A stretch of DNA of 57,097 bases, filler included, from Asterionella formosa (lineage: Eukaryota): NCBI GenBank assembly GCA_002256025.1. It is 4 parts of 4 records of this genome, joined end to end, with 100 filler letters (N's around TTAATTAATTAA, not from the genome) between each part and the next. Parts side by side here need not be neighbours in the genome. Positions count along the whole stretch, not along the records: positions 14,313 to 28,518 come from NKIB01006155.1; positions 28,619 to 42,805 come from NKIB01006163.1; 2 more parts are not named here. The stretch is one strand, 5' to 3'. Positions 23,809 through 36,179 of the stretch are shown here, one piece after another (position 1 is the stretch's first letter; the number at the start of each line of letters is the position of its first letter). A program made the position numbers and the translations under genes. Below the pieces are notes generated by a model. That model searched no databases. It had not been told where the DNA came from and saw only the letters and a list, made by a program, of their open reading frames with translations.

Positions 23809-25815
23809 TTAAACGCAGAGTCGAATATTGGTCTTCAACTGGGTGCTGTCGTGCTTCCAATCAGTGAGCAAAGTTCGATCAGATCCGATCACTCGCTTTG
23901 ACCGCGAAACGAGCTTCGACACGCGAGTTCCCTTGACTAATCGGCTTGTTGGCAATTTCGTTCCCTCAGGGGAGTTCTTGCTTTTCAATGGCCTCACACG
24001 ACGAATGACGCAAGAATTGCGCATGTCAGGAACGTGGTAGAACGAATCTTCGTTTACCCCTTGCATTGTTAGTTTCATCCCAGTACGCCAGAGCTGAATA
24101 TGCCACTCCTTTGATGCCTTTGCTGTTAGACGAGTTCTGGAGCGCAGAGCCGCAACATGGAGGACGATTGGCGTGCCCTTATCGAACCCGAACTGCTGGC
24201 AAACATTTTCGATGTCAGCTTCAATAGCCTTTGGAGATAAACATACTAGAATCCGAGCAATCGAGCGCAATATCTGCAATCTGTTATTGATAGCATCGTG
24301 TGAATAGAAGCCATGGCGACCATGCTCCTCCAAGAGCTCGACACAAAAGAAATTGGAAAGCTTGACAAAATCACGCTCCATAATTTCCGCGGCATTTTGA
24401 GAATGCTTGATACCTTTGCCCATGGTATTTGAAAGAAATGATGCAATATAAGATTGCAAGAAAATATCAAAGCACAATTTCAACACTTTTCCGTGATAGA
24501 AATCGCCTTGAATCCATCCTTTGACATCGGCGAGGAAGTCGCGTAACTCAGCAATAGTATCCTCGACTGGTAATTCGCCATTGGACCACTCTGGGCCTCC
24601 AATGAAATTGAAGAACGTCTCTTTCAAATCGAGGAAACGAAGTTCACACAAATACCGATTAGCCAAAACCGAGAGCTGGATCAACTCGGAAATCAAGTCT
24701 TCAGTAAGCTCCTGTTGACTTTCCGTCGCAGTGACCGAACCGAAGATTCCTTCAACAATCTCCACCAGGCGCTGAGAGTCGGAGATGATGGAGCAAAGAT
24801 ATTCAACAGTAAGATCTTGCCATCGAGTCTCGATTTGTAGCATTAGAACGCCAACCATGTTAAAGAGCTCCTCTTGGCAACCCTTTACAACATCGGAGAA
24901 GAATCGACGTGGCAGAGATGATTTGGCCGTGCAAAGCTGACTGTTCAAAAAGACTGCAACGTCCTGAGGCAGCTGAGTGGAAAAGTGACCGTCTTTGCAA
25001 TGATCCACTCCATCAATTGTGTTCATCTCCAATGAACGATGAATCATTTGGTTGAGAGGTTCGTGAACCCCTCTCTTGATGTATTCAACAAATAGTTCTT
25101 CCATGTATTCCACCTGGTTGCGAGATTGTAAAGTTCCTGGAAACTTCTGCTCCAATTGATCTTGATAATGAGTAAGCCACGTGAGAAGTATGGCGACTTC
25201 ATTCACCCTCAACGTTTGGCTACTCTTCGAAAGAAGTTGCAAGCGAGGAAAAATGTATTCATCAAGTTGCTTAACAGCAACATCAACAATGTAGACAGAA
25301 GGCTCCACCAAGGCACACACATGATTCAATAGCAGGTTTGATGCCCATATAGCGGATTCCAATGAAGAGACGTCATCGTCGTTCAACACCAGAAAGTTGC
25401 TGTACCTTTTGTGAAAAAATGCCGCGATGTTGGCAGCCACATGGTCGTCACGTTGAGGGTTATTTTTCTCAAGAATTTCAGTTATCAACAACTCAAAGGA
25501 GTCAAGGGGAGGCTTGGCAGGTGGAAGACTCTGGGTAGAAGCTGGACTGCTGGTAATCGCAAGTTTCTTCTTGATAACTTGATGCTCTTCATCAGCGCAA
25601 ACAGCAACAATCTGGCGCTTGTGCGATGGTGTCTACATTCAGGAAAAGCAACCAGTGTGAGAATTATCTATTACATTAAAGGTTATCTCAATAACGCTTC
25701 AGCTTCTTCTGATCTTGCATTCAAGGGTTACACGTACCATTATCTTCAAGGGAAGTAAGTCCTTCATGTGTCGAAATGCTAGACGGGGATTAAAAAGCTT
25801 TGATTGTAAACGCAT
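23809..25815 (-). CDS. Exocyst Sec6-domain protein (divergent, apparently lacking the usual N-terminus)
   Basis: Main exon 25632-23809 has Sec6 C-terminal-like motifs HFSTQLPQDVAVFLNSQL, VEYLCSIISD, FLDLKETFF..IGGPEW, TIAELRDFLADVKGWI and AAEIMERDFVKLSNFF. Probable exon 1 is 25815-25738 (GTACGT..TAG intron). 5' end uncertain. Confidence 0.7.
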
Positions 25816-26679
25816 CGTGAAAAATGAATTTCAATGCAATGAGTTTTTTTGTTTTTGTGAGACTCTTCCTTATCTTATCCGCATGTTTGTTCAGCATATA
25901 TCGCATTTGTTTCATCGTTGTCTCACGCTCCACGACTCCACACCGAAATTCATCCACGTTCGCTATTCCAGTCGATACCATGAATTATTTTAGACAGATG
26001 CATTTAGACAGATCGATTCACTTAATGTTTGTTGATGTTTACTTTGGGTGGTAGCCTCGGACATGGAATCCATCGGCAGTAAGGGAAAGTCTGACCTGTT
26101 TCGGGCATTGCAAAGAAAGGAAACTATAAGCATAATTTGTCACTGCTTATGGATCATGAGATATCAATTATATTAAATTGTGGTATCTGAGAGCGAGAGT
26201 GAGGACTATATCGTGGAAATGCAAAGGGACAGAAAGGATTCTAGTATTTATCGAGCACATGATTGATCTCTGAGGGTAGCGTCGTCGTTCTGGTTGAAAA
26301 TTTTTCCATCGGACCGTTCATTAATATGGCTTATTGTTCATGCAGCGACAGATACGCAAATATACCGTTTTTTAAATGTATTTTTCAAATGGATGTGTGG
26401 CACTCAGATTTGAATGATTGGCTGATTTTAGGCGAATTATTAGGCCCTATATAAGAAGAACAGCTCAGGATCATCAGAAAGCCTGATTGTTTGTTGACAC
26501 CAGGGCTGATCATAGGCCCTGATGCTGAACTTTTCCTTTCCTGATGCTGAACTTTTCCCAATCAATATATAATTAACAAAGTCTAGCTAATATCCACCCA
26601 CACAACAACCTGATGATTTAAGATCAATATCACACCTCGTCATTTAACACCATCATGGCTGGTTCAAACATCCAATCAC

Positions 26680-27560
26680 CAATTGCAGATCTGCCACTTC
26701 CATGAATTACTCAGCAAAATGTTGAAGAACCAAGATATCTGTGATGTAATAGTCCAAATGGATAGAGATCATGATCAAGATGATGAAGACAATGACAAAG
26801 ATGATGAATTCTTTTGTATGGTATATTCTGCTGCCATTAAATATCTAAGCGAGGATATCATAAAGCAAGGACGAAGTATAGAGTTTCCAGGACTGCTATT
26901 AAGCTTGAATTTTGATTTATCTGAAACAAGCAACACTGCTTGTTGCTTGGCTGAATGATACAGAGTTCCTCCAAAAATATTGGTTGTCAAGAAAAACCTT
27001 CAAAGCAGTTGTTGATCTTGTCTTGAATCATCCTGTTTTGCTGCATCGTTGAGGAGAGAGAGAGAAAATAAGCACCTGTAGAGCATGAACTTATGGTCGT
27101 TCTTCTCAAGTACTAGTCGTATCTTGGTACAGTAGTAGGAAGTCAATGCTCAAACCTTGATCTTAGGATTTTTTTGGGATTGCTAAAAGAACAGTCGTCA
27201 CTCTGTATCAAGATCAAGCCTTGAAACCAATTCTATCCCTGAGAGACAGAGGAGTCTTCACCGTGTGACCTGCTGGTCTGATGAACTAGAAAAAACTGAA
27301 TTTTCTTCACGCAATTTGGAGAGTTTCGGTTGGCCAAATTTTTTTGGGATAATAGATGAAACACTGATGCAATTGCTTTTTCTCCACAAATAGGGGATGC
27401 ACCTGACTACAGTGAACGCAAATATGGATTTTATTTACTAAGTGTAATGATAATGCTACATTTACTCTAGCTACCTGCTGGGAGTACTCATGATATCCAA
27501 ATTCTCGGAAATTCGCCCATTTATGGGCAATCAACGCTTTTCTTCTATAGCAATCAATAC
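26680..27560 (+). mobile_element. Harbinger (HARBI1/DDE_Tnp_4-like) transposase pseudogene
   Basis: Broken peptides VVDLVLNHPV, APVEHELMVVLLKY, FFGIAKRTV, KPILSLRD, WPNFFGIIDETL, PDYSERKYG and GSTHD in canonical order. Boundaries approximate. Confidence 0.7.
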
Positions 27561-28518
27561 ATACTTGAAGGTTCAGCTAATGAAAATGTATCTGATAAAA
27601 ACACGGTGAAGCTATTACATTAAGGGAACAATAAAAGTCCACTGTAATCATTATATCATCGCACATCACCTGCATAATGGTAATTGTCTTCCTTGTCACC
27701 CTTATTGTCATCTCATTTGTTGTGAATCAAAAAATCAGACAGATTGATTGCAGGGTTTAGGTAGCTGCTTCGAGGTAAGGGAATTGTACCCGTTGTCCCT
27801 CATGTGGCAAGCAAATGTAGATACCTCCTAACAGTAGCTAAATGCCAAGCAGCAGACCAGATATTGTGTGTAGCACATGACTTTTGTCCACAAGAATCTC
27901 ACTCAGTTCTCCATTTCATACCTCCTCTTTCTTGCGGAAGCAGCAATTATGATGATACTAGGAATGGGTTGATTTGTAAGATAACTGGCATAATGGAAGT
28001 CAAAGAAACATCCTTCAAGGCAGACATTCTTGGCAAGAGGAACCAGTTGGCAAAGGTTTCCAGCAATGCTAGCTACTACAATCAACAGATCAGCAGCAGA
28101 TACAAGGGAAACATCAGACGGTAATTCTATGGACAGGTGTTGTGATGGAGGAGTTGTGGAAAAATGCGAATCTCAGATGGATTGTTGGGAGATAAATATT
28201 TGGAATGCCATTGCATGCAAATCGACTAGCCAATGACGAATGGCCTACAGATCCAGACGATTGTCAAAGTGTCCCAAAACATCATATCATGGTGGTATCT
28301 ATTCATGAATTCCTATAGTAGCCATGTTATCATTAAACCTGTTTATTAGGTCGCTGATGCTATCAAATTATCATCTGATTGATTCAACATTACTATTGGT
28401 TTTCTCGTTGTTGCTCAAGGGGTGTACAGTTAGGCATTTGTTGAAGGCTCAACTAAATTTCAGTGAAACTCGCTCGAAGAAGAACCCGGCTTTATGAACG
28501 TTTGACTACCAGTACCAC

Positions 28519-28618
28519 NNNNNNNNNNNNNNNNNNNNNNNNNNNNNNNNNNNNNNNNNNNNTTAATTAATTAANNNNNNNNNNNNNNNNNNNNNNNNNN
28601 NNNNNNNNNNNNNNNNNN
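28519..28618. other. Artificial scaffold-joining linker
   Basis: 44N-TTAATTAATTAA(28563-28574)-44N. Confidence 0.97.
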
Positions 28619-31498
28619 GGTATCCCTATTATTCTATCTGCAATGAAGACTCATTCCTCAAATGCTACTGTGTAAGAATATGGTTGTGCAGTACTTCATA
28701 GCTCGGCTGTGTATAATGACAACAAAAAGATCACAATTGCTGAAGAAGGAGGTATCCCTATTATTCTATCTGCAATGAAGACTCATTCCTCAAATGCTAC
28801 TGTGCAAGAATATGGTTGTGCAGCACTTTGGAATTTGGCTGTAAATAATGAAAAAAACAAGGTAACAATTGCTGAAAGAGGAGGTATCCCTATGATTCTA
28901 TCTGCAATGAAGACTCATTCCTCAAATGCTACTGTGCAAGAATATGGTTGTGCAGCACTTTCGAACTTGGCTGTCAATGACAACAACGAGGTGACAATTG
29001 CTGAAGAAGGAGGTATCCCTATGATTCTATCTGCAATGAAGACTCATTCCTCAAATGCTACTGTGCAAAAATATGGTTGTGCAGCACTTTGGAACTTGGC
29101 TGTAAATAACAACAACAAGGTGACAATTGCTGAAGAAGGAGGTATCCCTTTGATTCTATCTGCAATTATAACTCATTTCTCAAATGCTACTGTACAAGAA
29201 TATGGTTGTGCAGCACTTGAAAACTTGGCTGTGAATAATGACAACAACAAGATGACAATTGCTGAAGGAGGAGGTGTCCCTATGATTCTATCTGCAATGA
29301 AGACTCATTCCTCATATGCTAATGTGCAAGAATATGGTTGTGCAGCACTTTGGAGCTTGGCTGTAAATAACAACAACAAGGTGACAATTGCTGAAGAAGG
29401 AGGTATCCCTTTGATTCTATCTGCAATTAAAACTCATTTCTCAAATGCTGCTGTACAAGAATTTGGTTGTGCAGCACTTGAAAACTTGGCTGTGAATAAT
29501 GACAACAACAAGATGACAATTGCTGAAGAAGGAGGTATCCCTATTATTCTATCTGCAATGAAGACTCATTCCTCAAATGCTACTGTGCAAGAATATGGTT
29601 GTGCAGTACTTCATAGCTCGGCTGTGTATAATGACAACAAAAAGATCACAATTGCTGAAGGAGTAGGTATCCCTATGATTCTATCTGCAATGAAGACTCA
29701 TTCCTCAAATGCTACTGTGCAAGAAAATGGTTGTGCAGCACTTGATAACTTGGCTGTGAATAATGACAACAACAAGTTTACAATTGCTGAAGAAGATGCT
29801 ATCCCTATGATTCTATCTGCAATGAAGACTCATTCCTCATACCAAATGAATGAGCAGAATGCTGACATTTACAAAGAAAGTCGTTCAGCACTTTGGGAGT
29901 TGGCTTGTAATCATGACAACAGCTAGGTGGCGATTGCTGCTGAAACAGGAGTAATCACTACAATTCTGTCTGCGATGGAAACTCATTCGTCCAATTCTTA
30001 AGTTCAATACTATGGTTGTGGAGCACTTTTGAACTTGGCTAGTAATAATGACAACAACAAAGTGACGATTGCTGAAACAGGAGGTATCTCTAAGATTTTG
30101 TCTGCGATGAAGACTCATTGGTCCAATGCTAATGTGCAACACTAGTATGGTTGTGGAGCACTTAATAACTTGGCTGTAAATGAGAACAACAAGGTCAAGA
30201 TTGCTGAAGCAGGAGGTATTACTATAATTCTGTCTGCAATGAAAAAAATTTCCTCCAATGCTGATGTGCAACACTATGGTTGTGCAGCACTTCACAGCTT
30301 GGCTTGGAATAATGCCAACAACAAGGAAAGGATTGCTTATGCTTGTGGAGAAGCGACAATTGAGTTTGCTATGCGAAATCACTCATCCAATGCTTGTGTC
30401 CAAAAGAGTGGTCATGCAGCACTTCGCATAGTTGGACTGATTGCTGCAATTCTTTCAGAGACGAAAATGGATGAAAAGAATCCCAACAGTCAAGAATCCA
30501 GTATCATCCGTCTTCGTTTCTTGGCTTCTAACAACCAGTTTCCGATTGCTGAAGCAGGAGGTATTACTGCAATTCTGTCTGCAATAATAAATCATTCATT
30601 CAATCATGACGTGCAACAATTTTGACTTGTAATAACAGCAACAAGTTGTCGATTGCGATTGTTGAAGCAGGAGGTATCACTACGATTCTGTCTTCGATGA
30701 AGACTCATTCCTCCAACGCTGATTTGCAACACTATGGTTGTGCTTTACTTAAAAATGTGGCCATGAATGACAACAGCAGGGTGAAGATTGCTGAAGCAGG
30801 CGTTCGATGACAATGTGCAATCCAATGGCTGTGGAGCACTTTTGAAGTTGGCTAATAACAATTTCAGCAACAAAGTGACGATTGCTGAAACAGGAGGTAT
30901 CACTACAATTTTGTCTGCGATGAGTTTTCATTGGTCCAATGCTAATGTGCAACACTATGGTTGTGGAGGACTTGATAACTTGGCTGTTGATGAAAACAAC
31001 AAGGTCACGATTGCTAAAGCAGGAGGTATCACTTTGATTCTGTCATCGGATGTGCAACACTTTGGTTGTGCTGCACTTTTGAAATTGGCAGTGAATGATA
31101 ACAAAAAGGTGACAATTGCTGAAGCAGGAGGTATCACAACGATTCTGTCTTTGATGAAGAATCATTCCTCAAATTTTAATTTGCAACACTATGGTTGTGC
31201 AGCACTGAATAACTTGGCTGACAATAATGAAAACAACAAGGAAACAATTTCTGAAGGAGGAGGCATCCCTATGATTCTGTCTGCAATGAAGACTCATTCA
31301 TCCAATGCTAATGTGCAATATAGTAGTTGTGGAGCGCTTTGGAACTTGGCTTTGAATAATGGCTACAACAAGATGGCGATTTCCGATGCCGGTGGAAAAG
31401 CTGCAATTGAGGCTGCTTTACGAAATCACTCATCCAATGCTGGTATCCAAGAAAAAGGTAATGGAGCACTTTGCATTTTGACCCAAAGTGGGAAATGA
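28619..31498 (+). pseudogene. Armadillo (ARM, aardvark-like) tandem-repeat gene array, disrupted; longest open piece 28709-29926
   Basis: About 20 or more units of 41-42 aa (123-126 nt), consensus KVTIAEEGGIPMILSAMKTHSSNATVQEYGCAALxxLAVNxxN. In-frame stops at 28673, 29924, ~29999 and ~30143, and deletions near 30620, 30800 and 31045. Two C-cap-like units at ~30340-30430 and ~31390-31498. Confidence 0.85.
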
Positions 31499-32006
31499 TT
31501 TTTATGGTATTATTTCGAAGGCTTAATTAGTATTTATGTTGTAATTACGTGACTGTTACATTTCGATAATTTTTGTGAAACTGCAGTTTTTATGTTTTTG
31601 CTCTTCTTTATAGATGTTCCCTAATTGATGCTTGTTTTGTTAACTTGTTTGTTTGTTCACACCAATGCAGAAGGATTCATCAACATGGAGATGGACAACA
31701 CATGTCATGTACTAAAATATATATTCAATTATGAGTCCTTCCCAAACCCACAATGCATTGTCTGCTCGGAATGACTTTTCACTGTTGACAAGTGATCTAA
31801 GAAGTGATTGCGCATTAAGCTGCAACACTTGCTTCAGAAGGCAGATTAGAATGAGGTAATAGCATTAATAATTTTTTAGTACTTTTACGAATTTGAATGC
31901 CAATTTGGTAGTGGTCAAAATATTAATTTGAATTAGTTAGTTGGGTATTGTATTTCAATGCATTCGCCCCACCCTCGTAAAAAAATATCTTACTCTAGTT
32001 GTACTC

Positions 32007-32008
<2 letters not shown>

Positions 32009-32053
<45 letters not shown>
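32009..32053. repeat. (AT)n microsatellite
   Basis: About 22 perfect AT units. Confidence 0.97.
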
Positions 32054-32056
<3 letters not shown>

Positions 32057-32234
32057 AATAATCTATATATAATAATAGCTTACTAGTATTTCATTTCTTC
32101 TTAACGGCTACCGAGTTGGGGAATATTACTGGTATGATGTCGGTTTGTTAGGGAATGAGTACATAGACGAATAAACAAAATTATCAGAACTGGTACCTGG
32201 TACCGTACTCTGGAGTTACCGGTAGACTACCAGA

Positions 32235-32324
32235 GCAAGTTGCGGAATAGCTAAAATCTTTAGCTATCTTTATCCTATACAGTATTAAATTGTTTTTTAT
32301 TTCAGAAAAATGACCGCAATTTGC
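32235..32324 (+). mobile_element. ~90-bp MITE-like dispersed repeat, copy A
   Basis: gcaagttgcgg...ttagctatctttatccta...aaaatgaccgcaatttgc. Shares core and inverted ends with copies at 39087 and 51955. Confidence 0.6.
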
Positions 32325-33319
32325 ATCCCCCCTGTTCAATTTTTCGTGGTGGCACCAAACACCCAATAATTTTCTTGTCATAAACAAGGTAATGTGCTAT
32401 AATTCTTTTGTTCCTCGTAGGCACTAGTATGTAATTATTTAGCTATCATGGTGCGATTCTTTTGTACATACAAAACACAAGAGAAGTCAGGTAGTGGTTG
32501 TGAGTAGAGTAAATGGAGAATCCTGCATCATGTTGTCGTAACCTTCCTTGACGATGACGAAAATACGAATTATCTCTACGAAAATTGAGAAAATGGGCGG
32601 TATGCATCCTGTAGAACTTTCCGGTAATGAAATATAGATAGGCACATGGTATTTATTCGGGAAAAAATCTCTTCATTGGTCCTCGACCCTCCCTCCCCCA
32701 TAAAGTAAAATCAGTTAAATTCAGTCACGGCAGTGTACATTGTGCCACACTAAATTCATTCTTGTATGGAGTACCGGTAGACTGATGACATCATGACCAC
32801 TACGAATGTAACACCACAGAATTGACAAGAAACTCAACGCCAGAATTATCTACCGGTACCGGTATATCCTTGAACGTTGAAATTTTGCAGTTCTTTCTTT
32901 CCTCAACTACAACATTGAATATATACATATAATTTCATGTAAGATTTACAGAATATAAAAGAATATGCATTCATTGACAAAAACAAGTCAATTTATACAG
33001 TAATGAGTGTATAAATATAAAGTTGAAAAAGTCTCTCTCTTTGTGAACAAGCAGCTTGTTTGTTTGTTCCGATATTTTTTTATCTCATTGCACAAAAATA
33101 ATACCACCAACCTCTCTACCAACCAGAAATTTCAACGGACTGACATGGTGCACCGGGGTCATCCTCATCTTCATCCTCATCATGTATACGAACGAATAAC
33201 ATGTTTTATACACAGGATGGGTCACATCAACATGCCTCAATTTCACTCTATAATCTATTATTTTATTTTATTTTATTTCATTTCATTTGACTTGATTAGA
33301 TTTGATAGACGGAGAATAA

Positions 33320-35421
33320 ATGACAATGGCAGTGACGAGAATGACAATGCACCACCACCAACAAAAGAAACGCAGAATGGTAGTATGGATCCTACTACTA
33401 CTTGTAGTACGGAGTTCGACATCAAGTAAAGAAGATCATGTCGATTCAGCCGCTCGATTGAAACGGTTGAGACGGAAACTGGACGATCGAGAATCAACAA
33501 CACAACAAACAACACTTGGAATTGAACAAGTATTGGACTCTCAGGGATGGACGATAGAATTACAAAATGATAGTGGAGAGTATGTACCGTCTCCAGAGCT
33601 GATCGCTACTCAAGACAATAAAGACTCAAACAGCACATTAGCTGTGGTGGGGGATACCGGTACTAACTTTGAATTGGACAAGAAATTGGCCATTCAGAAG
33701 AACATACCGAGTACAAGTGACGAAGCAAGGTATGTTTTCCAAACTAAATAAGGATACATCATGTCACGCTTTCTTGTCACGACGATGCGCCAGTTGTTGA
33801 TGAGTCCTCATTCCGTCGTACTAATAGAGTTCTAGTTTTCATCACCTACCCTCACTTACCCAATTTCCCATCTTTTCCAAATAACAATCACAATCAATAC
33901 AGGCGCAAGCGAATTCCTCGACCACCTCCTCCATTATTGCCAGTTCCCGTAATGATGAATACACGAGCGCAGACGGATGATTTTCCATTTGCTGGTGATG
34001 ATACATTTGTTGGCGTATTCCCAACCCCACCATCAAAACCAAGTACTCCTCCATTGTCAAGTCTAGTACCTTTTAGTACTAATCCATCCATTACACGTCT
34101 TCCAACGCAACGACCATCAAGGAACAATGGTAATGGTGGTGGTGGTGATGAGCCATCACAGGTACCAGTACAAGAACCACTTCCTCCCATTACTTCTCCT
34201 GCATTAATGGGATCTATAGTACCATCGACGAATGGTGGTGACAATGTTAGTGATATTCCATCACAGGTGCCATCGGAAGGAACATTTCCAACAAAAAGTC
34301 CTACCAAAAGTAGTAAAACATTGTCACCAGTATCCGATACACTAATGACGGACAGTCCTACAACAACAACTACAAATGAAGATGATGATCACATGGCACC
34401 TTCATATCAAGGTCCATCCTCCATGAATCATGATTATACATACAGTCCAAGTAGGACTGAACCATATCCAACAGTACAACCTACAATTTCACGTCCACAT
34501 GATTTGATATCATACAATCCTAGTAGGACTCCCATGAACGATGATCAAATGACTCCAATTCAACTCCCATCATCTCATGATCGTCCAAGTAAGAGTGGAA
34601 AGGGTAACATTGTTTCGTTTAGTCCTTCTTCCATGAGCCCTCATCCAACAGTGAGTCCTAGTATGACTCCTAGCAACTATCCATTTTCTTTGTCACCAGG
34701 GGAACCATCAGGTAAAGATGGAAAAGGCAAAGGTGGAAAGGGCAAGGGTGCAAAAGGCAAAGGTGCAAGAGGCAAGGGTGCAAGGGGCAAGGGTGCAAGG
34801 GGCAAGGGTGGAAGGGGCAAGGGTGCAAGAGGCAAAGGTGGAAAGGGCAAGGGTGGAAAAGGCAAAGGTGCCAAGGACAAAGGTGCAAAGGGCAAAGGTG
34901 GTAAAGATAAAAAAGGTGACAAAGGTAACGGTGGAAAGAAAGCAAAAGGCGGTGACAAGAAGAAGAAGAATCCAGGCAAAAAGGGCAATCCCAAGGATTC
35001 CTCGTATTCCCCCATTCCACCACCAGTAGCACCATCATTTGCACCTGATTCTTCACCAAAACCACGACCAACACCATCATCATTTGCACCATTACTAATT
35101 GCACCTAATTGGCCATCCATGACATTATTACCCTCACGGGAACCAAAGTCACCTAATAGTAGTGCCAAGACAGGGAGGCCAACACGGATGCCATCCCCAA
35201 CAGACCCACCTAATGTCGGTACAAAACGACCAAACTCTGATCCCAAACCAGCATCAGAGCCTTCAAACTCTCCATTGGAGGGTTCAGGAGCACCGTCTCA
35301 GTCATCTGCTCCGACTGTTTTCAGTTCGCTGACAAATGAGCCATCTGCAGCTGATACAACATTGCCTACGCCTTGTACAGGAAGGGATTGTGATAGACCA
35401 GTGCGGCCAGTGAGAAGGTAA
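33320..35421 (+). CDS. Secreted silaffin-like Pro/Ser/Thr-rich protein with a Lys/Gly repeat block (2 exons)
   Basis: Exon 1 (33320-33729) has hydrophobic MVVWILLLLVV and an RRKL (RXL) motif. A GTATGT..CAG intron spans 33730-33902, and exon 2 is in frame with the 33937-35421 ORF. PS/PT-rich flanks surround 12 GKG(A/G)(K/R) units. The start may be the downstream MVVW. Confidence 0.8.
34726..34905 (+). repeat. 15-bp coding tandem repeat x12 encoding GKG(G/A)(K/R)
   Basis: ggcaa(a/g)ggtg(g/c)aa(a/g)(g/a) units read directly. Confidence 0.92.
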
Positions 35422-36179
35422 TAGTAGACCAGCACCCATACCGGTACCTGGTACTATTAATTTAATTAATATAATATGTAAACCAACACAAAACAACAAG
35501 GGATATCAGGGTCCATCATAGCCATCAAGTACCTACTGGTGCGTACTCGAGTACCTGGGCGGTAGTCAAATATACATGTGATTTGAAGATGAAGCAGTGG
35601 TTAGTTATCTAATGATTGATTCACTCTGCAAAACTTTTACTTCTTTTTGCTTTTATGATTTAAAGTTCGAGGCCACATTTTGGGCACCCAGTTAGGGCTG
35701 GGCAGTTTAGCAATACACTGGAAGAATACCGGTAGGTGATTATATATTAATATACATGTAATAGGTTCTGTAATTCATTTTTATAGAATATAGTTACACC
35801 GTACACCTTCGTAGTTATTTTTAACTGTGATTTACATATACATAAATATGAATAAAACTAATGTAACAATATTTCTTTTACTGGCTCCCCTGTCGTCTTC
35901 TTCATGGCTCTTCGACTGATAATGTCTGCCTGTGCGTAGCTCGCAAAATTTAACGTCACCATGTGTACGGGCGTATGAAGCGCATCATCACCTGCACCAC
36001 GCTGATGAGATCGTCTCATGGTGATTCATGATTTTCATTTTATTATTTGTATTTTTTTTTTGAATGATCATTGTGCGGTGGGGAGGGGGCGCATCCCTGC
36101 AAATTATAAATCAACAACTCTTTATTAACTACCGTAATTAATAATATAGAAAGGAATTGTTGATTCAGTCGTCTTTATC

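Noticed and set aside
34670..35246. Antisense ORFs with PLAPL / HPCPL repeats
   Set aside because: Shadows of the 15-bp GKGxK repeat. The plus strand has the signal peptide, splice sites and long frame.
3537..35421. Biosilicification gene cluster (two silicanin-like genes, chitinase, silaffin-like gene)
   Set aside because: The genes lie on three different scaffolds, so apparent clustering is not evidence of linkage.
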